Positions 27,646 to 38,006 are shown, counted from the stretch's first letter. The stretch: 64,000 bases of DNA from Crocinitomicaceae bacterium (GCA_965230585.1 CBDDLF010000007.1:68188-132187), one strand, 5' to 3'. Numbers and translations: made by a program. Notes: generated by a model not told the origin, from the sequence alone.

Positions 27646-28611
27646 ATGCCACGAAACCCTCGCATCCACACCCAACTCGACGTTTTGGTCGAAGTCGTCA
27701 ATCGCACTATCCAGGGGCGATTTCTCATCAAACCCGGGCCCAGAATGAACGCCCTTATCGTCGGTGCGCTGGCCAAAGCCCAGCAACGCCACGCTGTGGA
27801 AATCCATGGGGGCGCCTTCATGAGTGGACACTTCCATCTCCTGCTGAGCTGCCGCACGGTCAAAGATCAAGCCGGCTTTATGCGGGACTTCACCCGCAAG
27901 CTGTCCATCGAAAGCGGCAAGCTCTACGATTGGGACGAGCCAACCTTCACCCGTCGCTACCGTCACACCGAGCTATCCGATGAGGCTGAGGCTCAGGTGT
28001 CCCGGCTCACCTATTGTCTACGCCACGGAACGAAGGAAAATCTCGTAGCCTCGCCACTTGATTGGCCCGGAGTAGCCTTCGCTGAAGCCTTGATCACCGG
28101 CGAGCCCCTAGCAGGAATCTGGATCGATCGCACTGCCTATGGGCGAGCACGAAATCGTGGAGAGAATGTCACCCTAGATGACTTCACAGAGCATCTGAGC
28201 CTCCATCTCAAACCCCTACCTTGCCATCGACATCTGAACCGCGACCAGCGGCGGTCGACGGCTTTGGAGCTGGTTCGAACGATCGAAGAAGAGACCACGG
28301 CGCGTCATCGATCGGAAGGCACTCGTCCTCTAGGGGCTGAGGCCGTCCTCTCCGCCGATCCTCACGATCGACCAACAGAACCCAAATCGTCACCCAAACC
28401 CCTATTCCACGCCTTCTCCAAAAGAGCATGGCACGAGATGCGCGAGGCATTGTCTTTCATCCTCGCCGCTTATCGTGAAGCGGCCGAGCGGTTTAAAAGT
28501 GGCGACCTTACAGTCGAATTCCCAGAAAACACCTTTCCACCCGCTCGATCCTTCATCGAGCCGCTTCTGTCGACAAACACTCCTTCTCCGGCGCTTCTCC
28601 AGCCTGGATGA
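27646..28611 (+). mobile_element. HUH Y1 (IS200-like) transposase gene, RAYT-like
   Basis: The HUH motif is SGHFHLLL. The catalytic Tyr region is YCLRHGTKENLVASPLDWPG. An AAGGAGAG RBS precedes the start. No second IS gene and no obvious terminal inverted repeats are present. Repeat family copies lie upstream (27377..27531), and a degenerate one lies downstream (ttacatggcacc at 28753..28764). Confidence 0.7.
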
Positions 28612-28859
28612 GGTTCCCTTTACCCTTCGCCGGTGGTCTCACAAATCGGAACGCTTATGGCCAGATTCTGGGTTGGGGGAGGTGTGTTTTTCCCAGCAAT
28701 TGAAAGCCATGAGCAAACTAAATACCTCCTCTTCAATATTTACAACTCATATTTACATGGCACCAACGGGCCCCCCCTTCAGAATATAGACCCGAGAATC
28801 ATCGAATCGTTCAGTCGGACTCTTCGTGGACAAAGCGAGTAGACAAGGAGACATGCATC

Positions 28860-31421
28860 CTATCTCCTATCCTGGGCTGAAGCCCGGAAAAGAAGATCCG
28901 CGGCCTGCAGGATCTTCATCCTCAGCTGGGCGTTGTAGTCCGGACGTTGCTCAAGGAACTCGCGGACCGTCTTCGACGCGGCGGGAGACCGGTGGTTTTG
29001 CAGAGTTTGGTCGAGCCATCGCTTGGGAAAGAAGATGTCGCCGGTGATCTGAATTTCTTGCAGCAGCTCCAGGCTCGATTGAATGTATTTCTCTGAGTGA
29101 CCGATCCGCGACGGATGGTGCAGATTGGCCAGAGCGTCGAGCACCCAGCTTTCCGTCTGACGATTCTTTTCATCGCCGAGGGACGCAAAAAAGCCGTCGC
29201 GCACGGACGGATCCGCGGATAAAGAAGACGCAATGAATTCGAGCCTCCGTTTGCTGTCGGGATTCTCGATGCGACCCAGCTGAGCCTCGACAATTGCCTG
29301 TGCTTGCTCCGGCAAGCGCACCGCCAAGGTTTCCGCCAAATCAATGGTGTCGTTTTCCGAAAGCTTCAATCCGTCCAGGGTCGCGTCACCGTTCCAAATC
29401 CCGTAAATCTTGTCCAACGCCTCAGGGCTCGACCCCAGGGAAGCATAAGCGGTGAAAAATAGCTTGATCCGACTCTCATCCTGATCCTGAGCACCCTGCC
29501 ACAAAGTCTCCTCCAGCATCGAACGACGCTGCTCGGCGGACGTCTGGCTCAAGAAGCTATGGTAGAGATGAGTGGTTTGGTCGATGGCCAGATTCAGCAG
29601 GAGCTGGTCCTGTTCTTTTGCAAGAATTTCCACCAGCGCATCGAAATAGGCGTCGGGTTCAACACCTTGGCCGTGCAAACACCTCTCGTAGAGATGAATG
29701 AGCAACGAGCCCTTTTCCACCGACGACAGGGACGACCAGTGCCCCAGCAAGCCGGACTGTACGGGAAACAACCCATAGCCGAAACCATCGGCATTGAAGA
29801 GCGAGGTATCCACAGAACCCTTAGGGATCGAAAGCTCCGTCTCCACCGACGCGGAAAGCACGGATTGCTCCGACCCTCCATCTTGGATCCCGCGAACCGA
29901 AAACCTTTGGGGCCACAATCGACCGTCACCGGACGGGTCTTTCTGGCCCAGAATCAGAGCACCCGCATCCCCCTGCCCCACCTCAAAGGTCGGACGACCG
30001 GAAGTCTGTACCCAAACCTCGCTCCAGGACGCCAAGTCTTGATCGGTTTTGCTGTCCAGGATCCGGATCAGCTCCGGCCAAGTTGCATTGGCGAAAGAAA
30101 ATGTTTTTAGATACTCCTGAACCCCTTCTCGAAACGCCTGCTCACCGAGCAAAAGCTCCAGCTGACGCATCATGATCGGCGCCTTGTTGTAAATGATCGC
30201 GCCATAGAGCTGACCCGCCTCCGAAAGATTCGCCAGATCTTGACGGATGGGGTTGGCACCTTCCGACCGATCGACCCCGTAGGCTGCGGGATAGTGTCGA
30301 ACCAGGAAATTCAGATCGTGGTCGATTTCCGGGAAGCTCGGATTAACGATTTTGGCCGCCATGAAGTTGGCAAAGACCTCTTTCGTCCACACATCGTTGA
30401 ACCAATCCATGGTCACCAAATTACCGAACCACATGTGCGCGGTTTCATGGGCAATCAAACCGGCCCGGCCGAGCAATGCGGACGCCGATGGAGCTTCTTC
30501 CAGGAAGAGAGTCGATGCTCGATATTGAATCGCGCCGACATGCTCCATGCCTCCGTATTGAAATGAAGGGATGAGCGCGAAGTCGAATTTTTGGAAAGGG
30601 TGTGGGATGCCCGTGTAGTCCTCCAACCAACCGAGGGCCGCGGCATGGAGCTCAAAAACAGCATCCACATTGCGAGCCACTTTATCCCCATCGGTTTCGC
30701 GGTGGAGCATGGTCATCTCCCGACCATCTAAAGTCCGGGTCACCACCTCGAAGCGCCCGGCGACAAAGGAAAACAAATAGGAGCTGATTAAATCCGATTC
30801 GGCGAATCGATGGACTTTTCGATCTCCCAAGGTTTCCACCGCCACTACGGGTCCGTTGGCGATGGCGACCCAGTCGGACGGCAACGTGAGGGTCAGCTCA
30901 TATTTGGCTTTTAGATTGGGTTGATCGAAAAGCGGGAATGCGGTTCGGGCGCGATCCGGCACAAACAGGGTATACAAATACTCAGGATTCCGATTCAGGG
31001 ATGAGCTCCCGGCAATATGCTCGATCTCCACCTCGTTGGCGCCGATCTTCAGATCCGAAATCGGAAGCACAATATGCTCGTTTTGAGCCCTAAATGAAGT
31101 CGACTGTCCGTTGAGCTTCAAGCTCTTGATCTTCTCAGGGCTCTCCCGGAAGTCCAGCTGCAGCGGCACGGAAGCTTCGCTCAAATGAAAGCGAATGATC
31201 GTATATGCGCGGATATCGGACTCAAGCTCAGACGGCACATCGAAATCGAGGTGGTAACGGATATCGCTGAGGACCGAAGCTCGATGCTCGGCCAGCTCAA
31301 GGGAAACCCCGGGCTCTACCGGAAGATCTTTCGGCGGGGGAGCGCTGTCGTCACAGCCCATGAGAACCGTGCAAAGGGAGATCAAAGTCATCAGGAAGAT
31401 TCGTCGCAGAGTGGGTCGCAC
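28860..31421 (-). CDS. M1-family zinc aminopeptidase (aminopeptidase N-like) lipoprotein
   Basis: The exopeptidase motif is GGMEH, a GAMEN variant. The zinc site is HETAHMWFGN...WTKE. The lipobox is LMGC. The GTG start at 31421 has an upstream AGGAA. Confidence 0.9.
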   Translation of the reverse strand: MRPTLRRIFLMTLISLCTVLMGCDDSAPPPKDLPVEPGVSLELAEHRASVLSDIRYHLDFDVPSELESDIRAYTIIRFHLSEASVPLQLDFRESPEKIKSLKLNGQSTSFRAQNEHIVLPISDLKIGANEVEIEHIAGSSSLNRNPEYLYTLFVPDRARTAFPLFDQPNLKAKYELTLTLPSDWVAIANGPVVAVETLGDRKVHRFAESDLISSYLFSFVAGRFEVVTRTLDGREMTMLHRETDGDKVARNVDAVFELHAAALGWLEDYTGIPHPFQKFDFALIPSFQYGGMEHVGAIQYRASTLFLEEAPSASALLGRAGLIAHETAHMWFGNLVTMDWFNDVWTKEVFANFMAAKIVNPSFPEIDHDLNFLVRHYPAAYGVDRSEGANPIRQDLANLSEAGQLYGAIIYNKAPIMMRQLELLLGEQAFREGVQEYLKTFSFANATWPELIRILDSKTDQDLASWSEVWVQTSGRPTFEVGQGDAGALILGQKDPSGDGRLWPQRFSVRGIQDGGSEQSVLSASVETELSIPKGSVDTSLFNADGFGYGLFPVQSGLLGHWSSLSSVEKGSLLIHLYERCLHGQGVEPDAYFDALVEILAKEQDQLLLNLAIDQTTHLYHSFLSQTSAEQRRSMLEETLWQGAQDQDESRIKLFFTAYASLGSSPEALDKIYGIWNGDATLDGLKLSENDTIDLAETLAVRLPEQAQAIVEAQLGRIENPDSKRRLEFIASSLSADPSVRDGFFASLGDEKNRQTESWVLDALANLHHPSRIGHSEKYIQSSLELLQEIQITGDIFFPKRWLDQTLQNHRSPAASKTVREFLEQRPDYNAQLRMKILQAADLLFRASAQDRR

Positions 31422-31578
31422 GTCGGGTTCCTACGGGAGGTCGTCAAGTCGCAGGCTCATGGGTTCCGTCAAACACAGCCTACGTCTACCACGAAGACTT
31501 CATACCGCAAAGATGGGCGCGCCCAAAGCGGCTCCGGATCAGCAAATCTACCTCCTTGTATAGGCGGCCCTTTGGAGG

Positions 31579-31965
31579 TCATTGCCCGTCGGGCGGCTGC
31601 CAGAGCTCGACCTTATTGCCCTCCGGATCGATGACCCAGGCGAATTTGCCGAAGTCAGAGTCTTCCATCTTGTCCAAGACGTTACAGCCTTCGGCCTTGA
31701 GCACCTCCACCAACCCATGAAGATCCTCAACACGGTAATTGATCATGAACGGGGCTTCGCTCGGAGCAAATTGCTCGCTCGCTTCAGGGCTCACAGACCA
31801 GACGGTCATCCCGCCCTTGGGCTCGCCATCCGAATCGGCCCAGCTGAAGGCGGCTCCTCCCCACTCTTGAACGTCTATGCCGAGATGGCGCTTGTACCAG
31901 GCTTGCAGGGCAGGCGCATCTTTGGCCTTGAAGAAGATACCGCCGATGCCAGTCACTCTCTTCAT
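31579..31965 (-). CDS. VOC/glyoxalase-family protein
   Basis: The ATG at 31965 follows GGAGA. GIGGIFFKAKD...FAWVIDPEGNKVELWQP is typical of the family. Confidence 0.85.
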   Translation of the reverse strand: MKRVTGIGGIFFKAKDAPALQAWYKRHLGIDVQEWGGAAFSWADSDGEPKGGMTVWSVSPEASEQFAPSEAPFMINYRVEDLHGLVEVLKAEGCNVLDKMEDSDFGKFAWVIDPEGNKVELWQPPDGQ

Positions 31966-32041
31966 GGTGAGTCTCCGATCAGGGGTTGTCATTCCACAGC
32001 ATTTTATAGTCGGCACCGGGCCTCTGCACCGTGTTCTCCGG

Positions 32042-32986
32042 CTAAGGTAGCATCCCGCGATCCCTCTTCAGCTCTTCCACCCAGATCCACACCGTCTCCA
32101 AGCCCGACGCCAGGTAGATGCACGGATCTCCGTCCCTCCCGTCGGCGGGTTGGACCAGGTCCGACGCACGCAGGCATCGCCCTCTTTTCTTCGACACCAG
32201 AGCGCCGGTGTTGATGCCGAGGACCGCACCGGAGGCGTCGATCAACGGCCCGCCGCTGGCTCCGGGTACCAGAGTGGCGGTGTGCAGCACGGCATGCCGC
32301 ATGACCAGTCGGCCGTCTGCGCCTCTGGACGAGAGAGCCCGGTATTCCCCTTGAAAAGACCCCGAGGCCCGCAGCAGGTGACCCGTGGAGACTCGCTCGA
32401 TGCGCTGCGCGTTCGATTCCGGCAGCAGCTCGGGATCGGGATAACCCAAGGCCCACACCCTAGAGTCTTTTGTGCCCCCGTCTTCCTGCCGCTCGACTAC
32501 AGAGAGCTCCACTTCCTCCGGCAGCCGGACTTCCAATAGAGCCAGATCCGTATCGCTGTCGAAACGCACCACTTTCGCGGATCGCCAACGCTTGCCCCCG
32601 CCGCTCGGCAGCTCCACACGAACGGAACAGCGGGCTCGGCAAGGCACCACGTGGGCGCTGGTGGCGATCCAGGCGAGTCGATCGTCCGGGTCACGGTGAA
32701 CCACGACCCCTGAGCCCAAGAAATCCACTACGGTGGCCGAGCCCGGACGGCGCTCCTGCACCTGAATCGAAACCGTGGCTCGACGCACCCGCTCGCGGGC
32801 ATCCCGATAGGAGCTGTCCTCCCCCGGGCTTTGGGAGCCTTGCTCCACCGGGCTAGGCGGCCAACGCCCCATTCCCGCTTCGATCCAATCCTGGGCATAG
32901 GCGGTTCCAAATGGGCTCCACACGGCGAGGCCAAGAACGATGCTCAACAACGGACGGCAGGAATTCTTCCAGAGACAGATCTTCAT
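32042..32986 (-). CDS. Secreted trypsin-like (S1) serine protease
   Basis: The ATG at 32986 follows GGAGGAG and a signal peptide is present. The catalytic triad contexts are SAHVV, DLALLEV and PGASGGPLID. Confidence 0.85.
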   Translation of the reverse strand: MKICLWKNSCRPLLSIVLGLAVWSPFGTAYAQDWIEAGMGRWPPSPVEQGSQSPGEDSSYRDARERVRRATVSIQVQERRPGSATVVDFLGSGVVVHRDPDDRLAWIATSAHVVPCRARCSVRVELPSGGGKRWRSAKVVRFDSDTDLALLEVRLPEEVELSVVERQEDGGTKDSRVWALGYPDPELLPESNAQRIERVSTGHLLRASGSFQGEYRALSSRGADGRLVMRHAVLHTATLVPGASGGPLIDASGAVLGINTGALVSKKRGRCLRASDLVQPADGRDGDPCIYLASGLETVWIWVEELKRDRGMLP

Positions 32987-33018
32987 GGTCGGCTCCTCCA
33001 AAGCTCGACCCCACCTGT

Positions 33019-33035
33019 CGCACCGTCTGTGCCAG
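33019..33035 (-). promoter_or_regulatory. Sigma-54 promoter candidate (TGGCAC-AGACG-GTGCG) for the protease gene
   Basis: On the minus strand GG (33033-33032) and GC (33021-33020) are separated by exactly 10 nt. The -24 hexamer is perfect. The -12 element is GTGC rather than TTGC. The site is about 35 nt upstream of the ATG at 32986. Confidence 0.5.
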
Positions 33036-33263
33036 ATCTCCGGCGATCAGGAAACTCCCCTTAAACACTGAAAACTAGAAACTTAGAGCGCGCGATCCAA
33101 CTTCGGCCGCCCTCAGCCCGTCAAGACCCATATGCACAAACCGCCAATCCACCTTTGCGCGAAAGCGCCTAATGCCATTGGCGGTGCTGCCAAAGAATTT
33201 ATGCAGTAGAGTGGCTCGTCGGCCCGAGAAGGGTTGGTTTTAGGGGCACCTGCCGCCAAGTGC

Positions 33264-33282
33264 CTCGGCACGGACCTTGCTG
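33264..33282 (+). promoter_or_regulatory. Sigma-54 promoter candidate (CGGCACG-GACC-TTGCT) for the kinase/regulator operon
   Basis: Matches TGGCACG-N4-TTGCW at every position except the first T. GG is at 33267-68 and GC at 33279-80. The site is about 60 nt upstream of the ATG at 33340. Confidence 0.6.
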
Positions 33283-33339
33283 AACCATCGGTATCCTGGG
33301 CGCTCAGTTTTCTCAGCCCGTCACCGCCGACGTTAAATC

Positions 33340-35463
33340 ATGGACCTCTTCAACCTCTCACCACCCCTCGTCGCCGCCCTGCTCCACGGGCTGGTCACCC
33401 TGGTTTGGGTGGCCCTGGCGAGCTCGTATTGTCAATGCCACGGCACCGCCCAGCCCCAGGGCACCTTGCTCAAGCTCTTTCGCCTGCTCGGCTGGTTGTT
33501 CGCGGCGCACTACTTCAGCAAGCTGCTGGTCGACCTGATTCCAAACCCCGACGCGAACCGCGGGCTCTTCGACTCCATCTGTTGGGTCGCGGAAGTCTCG
33601 ATGATCGGTATCCTGCCGGTGCTTCGGCATTTGATCCCCCTCGGCACCTTGGGCTCACCGGCCCCCAGCCGCCTTTGGTTGACGGTCAACTACGGCCTCG
33701 GCTTCCTCGCGCTCTCGGCCATGCGCCTCCGCGAGACTCTCCCTGTCGATCCCTGGTCGGTCTATTTCGGCGGTTTCGCCGCCCTGGTGCTATGGGATTT
33801 GGTGGTGTTGGCCAAGGCCAAGCGACGGCCGGTGATCATGGCGAACCTCGGTTTTCGCGGTTATTTGATCTTTGCCGTCGCCCTCTTCGCCGGTGTCCTA
33901 ATCCTGATCTTCACGGAACGGCTCGACACCACGGAGCAAAGCCTGGTCTGGACCCTGAGCCACGCCTTTGTCGGTCTCGCCGCCGCCGTGCCCTTTGCCT
34001 TGAGGGTGCTCGGCGAGGTGCTGCGGGGTCTGCTGCTGAACGGTCTTCGCTTCACTCTGGTAGCCGGAATCTATGGCGGCCTGAGGGCCCTCGGGCCGAT
34101 CTCCGAGCACACGGGCTGGGCCGTCGACATGCTGGGCATCGTCGTCGTGGTGTATGTGCTCGGCCCCGGCAACGAGCGCTTCACGGACTTGGTCGACTCC
34201 CTGGTCTTACGCCACGGTCGGAAATGGCGTCAGCAGCTGCGCACCGCGGCCTATGATCTTTCGCCGGAAAAAGGCCTGCGGGCAACCTGCCAGGACGCGG
34301 TGGCGGCCGTCGCCCGCATTCTGCACATGCGCGGTGCCGCCGTGCTCTTAGACGACGACCCCGAGCCGGTGATTCATGGTGATTTCCCGATCGGTCCGGT
34401 GGTCGAGGCTTGGCCCCGGGGTGAAGCTCTGGAGCACCTACCCCGATCCACTTTCGACCTCTTGTGGCTGCGGGATCCAAAGCTTCAACAGGCCATGCTC
34501 GACGCCCAAGTCGCTTGGGTGGTGCCGATCGTCAGCGCACGGCGCCGCTGGGGACAGCTCTTGGTGTCCGCCGGCGCCTTGGGCAACGCCATCGATCACG
34601 GCAAGCTCAAGGTGCTGGAAGATTTCACCCGAGAGCTCGCCCTGGTGCTCGATGCCGCCCATTTGACGGGTCGGGTGCGCACCGCCGAGCGAGAGCTGGC
34701 GCGCAGCGAAAAACTGGCGGCCCTGGGTGAGACCGCCGCCCGCATCGCCCATGAGATTCGCAATCCGGTCACCGCCGCCCGCAGCCTGTCTCAACAAATC
34801 GCCGAAGAGCCCGTGTCGCGGCTCAATGAGGAGCACGCAGCGCTGGTGGTGCGGGAGCTCGACCGCGTGGAGTGCCAGGTCCGTTCCTTGCTGCAATTCG
34901 CCCACCAAGAGACCTACACCTTCCGACCGCTTCGGCTGCACGATTTGGTGGCGAGCACCGTGGCCGATTTGCGCGCCACTCCGCTCACCCACGGCGTGGA
35001 TCTCCAGCTGACCGCGGCGCCGGAGCTGGAGACGACGTCGGAGATCGTGGCCGACGGCGAGGGTCTACGTCAGGTCCTCGTCAACCTGATCCACAATGCG
35101 GTAGACGCCGTGCGCAATAGCTCCGAGCCTCGGCGGGTGACCGTGGGCTTGGGCCGACACGAGAGCGGCGTAGAGATCCGGATCAGCGACTCCGGTCCTG
35201 GGGTGAGCGACGAGATGTTGCCCCGGATCTTCGACCCCTTCGTCTCCGCCAAAGCCCAGGGTACGGGTTTGGGTCTCGCCATCAGCAAACGCATTGTCGA
35301 AGCCCACGGAGGAAGCATCCACGCCAATGTGGATCCCGCGGGCGGTATGGTCTTTCGCATCCGCCTACCCATCGACGCCGCCTCCCCCGATATCCACCAC
35401 CCCCAAGAGCTGCAGGGGGCCCTGGGCTCCCCGTTGAAAGCCGTGGTCACGGCCTTCAATTAA
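33340..35463 (+). CDS. Membrane sensor histidine kinase
   Basis: The N-terminal region has multiple TM helices. The H-box is IAHEIRNPVTAA, the N-box LVNLIHNAVDAV and the G-boxes DSGPGV and GTGLGLAISKRIV. Confidence 0.9.
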   Translation: MDLFNLSPPLVAALLHGLVTLVWVALASSYCQCHGTAQPQGTLLKLFRLLGWLFAAHYFSKLLVDLIPNPDANRGLFDSICWVAEVSMIGILPVLRHLIPLGTLGSPAPSRLWLTVNYGLGFLALSAMRLRETLPVDPWSVYFGGFAALVLWDLVVLAKAKRRPVIMANLGFRGYLIFAVALFAGVLILIFTERLDTTEQSLVWTLSHAFVGLAAAVPFALRVLGEVLRGLLLNGLRFTLVAGIYGGLRALGPISEHTGWAVDMLGIVVVVYVLGPGNERFTDLVDSLVLRHGRKWRQQLRTAAYDLSPEKGLRATCQDAVAAVARILHMRGAAVLLDDDPEPVIHGDFPIGPVVEAWPRGEALEHLPRSTFDLLWLRDPKLQQAMLDAQVAWVVPIVSARRRWGQLLVSAGALGNAIDHGKLKVLEDFTRELALVLDAAHLTGRVRTAERELARSEKLAALGETAARIAHEIRNPVTAARSLSQQIAEEPVSRLNEEHAALVVRELDRVECQVRSLLQFAHQETYTFRPLRLHDLVASTVADLRATPLTHGVDLQLTAAPELETTSEIVADGEGLRQVLVNLIHNAVDAVRNSSEPRRVTVGLGRHESGVEIRISDSGPGVSDEMLPRIFDPFVSAKAQGTGLGLAISKRIVEAHGGSIHANVDPAGGMVFRIRLPIDAASPDIHHPQELQGALGSPLKAVVTAFN

Positions 35464-35467
35464 GTCG

Positions 35468-36916
35468 ATGTCGGAAAGAATTCTCATCGTCGACGACGAG
35501 CCCACCATCCGAGTGGCCCTCGAACGCTTGATGGCCGGTCGGGGTTACGACGTTGAGACGGTCGGCAGCGGCGAAGACGCCGTCGAGCTGCTCCAACAAC
35601 AACGCTTCCACTTGGTGATCACGGACCTCACCCTCGAGCCCATGAGCGGCATGGAGCTGTTGACCTGGATCCAGGAATCCCTCGGCAGTGCCGACGAGCA
35701 CCGACCCGCGGTGATCATGATCACCGCCTACGGCTCCGAGCGCACAGCGGTGGAAGCCCTGCAAAAAGGCGCCGTCGATTACCTTCCGAAGCCCTTCGAC
35801 AACCGGGAGCTGGTGCTCGTGGTCGAACGCGCCTTGGAAGAAGGGCGCCTTCGGCGAGAAGTGGGCCATCTCCGTCGGGCGGTGGACGACCGCTATCGCT
35901 TCCACCGCCTGATCGGCAAGAGCCCGGCCATGCTCGAGGTCTTCGAGCGCATCCGCAGGGTGGCCGATACGGATCTGACCGTGTTGATCCGGGGGCCGAG
36001 CGGCACGGGTAAGGAGCTGGTGGCCAACGCCCTGCACTACAACAGCCCCCGTCGCCGTCGTCCCTTGGTCAAGGTCAACTGCGCGGCCTTTTCCCGGGAG
36101 CTGGTGGAGAGCGAGCTCTTCGGTCACGAGCAGGGAGCCTTCACGGGCGCCACCCGAGCCCGCCAAGGCAAATTCGAGCAAGCGGACGGCGGCACCCTCT
36201 TTCTCGACGAAATCGGCGACATGCCCCTCGAAACCCAAGCCAAGGTGCTGCGGGTCTTGCAGGAGAAGACTTTCGAGCGGGTGGGCGGCAACAAAACCTT
36301 CACCGTCGATGTTCGGCTGGTGGCCGCCACCAATCAGGACCTGGAATCCCGCATCGCCGATGGCCAATTCCGCCGGGATTTGTTCTATCGCCTCAACGTG
36401 GTGCCCGTGGACCTACCTCCGCTAAAAGATCGACCGGAAGACGTGCCCCTGTTGATCGAGCACTTCTTAGCCGGCGCCTCCGAACGACTCGGACGCCCCC
36501 CTCGACCCCTGCACGTCGACGCCCTGCGGACCCTCATGGCCCATGAGTGGCACGGAAACGTACGCGAGCTGGAGCACGCCGTGGAGCACGCGGTGGCCCT
36601 GGCCGGTGGTCAGGAAATCATGGTCGGCGACCTGCCGACCTCCGTCACCGCCTGCGTCTCGGGATCAGCCGGTTTCGGACCGGGTAGCCTTGGACCGAGA
36701 AGCCTTGGCCTGGGCGGCTCCGGAGCGGTCACCAGCACCGATTTCAAAATCGCCAAACAAGAGGCCGTCGAGCACTTCGAGCGCACCTTCATCTGTGGCG
36801 CCCTCAGACGTCACGGCGGCAACGTTACCCGAGCCGCCGAAGAGATGGGCATGTACCGCCAACACCTACAAATGAAGCTGAGCAAGTTGGGCATCGACCC
36901 CAAAACCTATCGCTGA
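35468..36916 (+). CDS. Sigma-54-dependent response regulator (NtrC family)
   Basis: REC domain (ILIVDDEPTIR...DLTLEPMSG). AAA+ domain with GPSGTGKELVA, GAFTGA and RDLFYRLNV. C-terminal Fis-type HTH. Confidence 0.95.
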   Translation: MSERILIVDDEPTIRVALERLMAGRGYDVETVGSGEDAVELLQQQRFHLVITDLTLEPMSGMELLTWIQESLGSADEHRPAVIMITAYGSERTAVEALQKGAVDYLPKPFDNRELVLVVERALEEGRLRREVGHLRRAVDDRYRFHRLIGKSPAMLEVFERIRRVADTDLTVLIRGPSGTGKELVANALHYNSPRRRRPLVKVNCAAFSRELVESELFGHEQGAFTGATRARQGKFEQADGGTLFLDEIGDMPLETQAKVLRVLQEKTFERVGGNKTFTVDVRLVAATNQDLESRIADGQFRRDLFYRLNVVPVDLPPLKDRPEDVPLLIEHFLAGASERLGRPPRPLHVDALRTLMAHEWHGNVRELEHAVEHAVALAGGQEIMVGDLPTSVTACVSGSAGFGPGSLGPRSLGLGGSGAVTSTDFKIAKQEAVEHFERTFICGALRRHGGNVTRAAEEMGMYRQHLQMKLSKLGIDPKTYR

Positions 36917-37257
36917 GCCGGCCCCGATTCCTGGCGGCAGCTGCAACACTTCGCGCGCGACGAGTCACCTAACCCGGATTTCTCACCAGCCTTCTGCTGC
37001 GACACCGTATCCACCTGCATCTACGGCGTCAGAAGCCGATTCTGCTCCTCAACATACTGCAAGTATGCCTGCGTCGCAGAATTCGTCTTCTTCCTTGTAT
37101 CTGCAGGCGTCTCCGGCGTCTCGCGACGAAGTTGGTGAAAAATCCGGGCTAAAGCGAATCCGAGCGATCCCGAAGCTCGAAAGGGAAATTGCACAGCTTC
37201 ATTCCATATACTCAACGGGCGACACCATTACCATCACGTCAGCTCAAGGAAACCACG

Positions 37258-37896
37258 ATGTTGAAAACACTCTCCAGCCTCTCTCTAATTTTGATCCTAG
37301 CCGTCGGCTGCGGCGGTCAACCCGACGCCGACGCCCCCGCTGGGGATACGCCCGCCGCCAACGCGCCTGCACCTGCCGCCGACGCCCAAACCGGCCAGTC
37401 GTCGAGCGCGGGCAACGATCCCTGCTCCGCGCTGAGCAGCGAGGAAGTGGCCTCGATCCTCGGCGCAGACGCAGCCAACGTCCAACAAGAAGCCGGCGAC
37501 GCGGCCCGCTACAGCGACGGCAGAGCCAACGACTGCAATACCACCGTCGTTCATGAAAACGTCGAAACCACCGTGACCCTATTCGTTCAGACCAAAAACG
37601 AGAATGCCGCCCCCGACGCCTTGTCCCAGCAGATCCAAAGCCTGCTCCAGAACGGCGAGAAGATCGGCTCTCAAACCTACGTTTATGAACCATTTGGCCA
37701 CGGCAGCGTGGAAGGTGCGCTCTCCGACGTCCACGGCGGGACCTTCGTTCGCATTCGATCGCTGAATTGGCAAGCCGACGAAAAGCTCAGATATCGCCTC
37801 ACCGTCTCCACGACCATGGTCGGCGACGGCGAGGGTGAGCCACCTACACCGTCGACGGAGCTCTTCGGCCGGCTGGTCGACGCTGCGACCAACTGA
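37258..37896 (+). CDS. Hypothetical lipoprotein
   Basis: The ATG at 37258 follows AAGGAA. The lipobox is LAVGC. Confidence 0.6.
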   Translation: MLKTLSSLSLILILAVGCGGQPDADAPAGDTPAANAPAPAADAQTGQSSSAGNDPCSALSSEEVASILGADAANVQQEAGDAARYSDGRANDCNTTVVHENVETTVTLFVQTKNENAAPDALSQQIQSLLQNGEKIGSQTYVYEPFGHGSVEGALSDVHGGTFVRIRSLNWQADEKLRYRLTVSTTMVGDGEGEPPTPSTELFGRLVDAATN

Positions 37897-38006
37897 CGAG
37901 CGGCGCGCCAAGCGGCATGGCCGGGATGCCGCTGAGCAGGGAGCCAAAACGAAATGGCCGGGGATGCGTAGAAGAATAAAGCCCACTCATCTCCAAGGAG
38001 CCAGAC

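Noticed and set aside
27335-27748. Short ORFs translating the repeats as ...ETTWHLF..., for example 27335..27748, 7376..7594, 24858..25349 and 42772..43086
   Set aside because: The apparent peptide conservation comes from the DNA repeat itself. The ORFs run through arrays in varying frames and lack starts with an RBS.
36928-36946. Sigma-54-like CTGGCGGCAGCTGCAA just after the regulator gene
   Set aside because: The GG to GC spacing is 8 nt, which is incompatible with the -24/-12 geometry.
37021-37215. A 64-aa minus-strand ORF between the regulator and lipoprotein genes
   Set aside because: It has no recognisable family, RBS or signal. I cannot support it from sequence alone.
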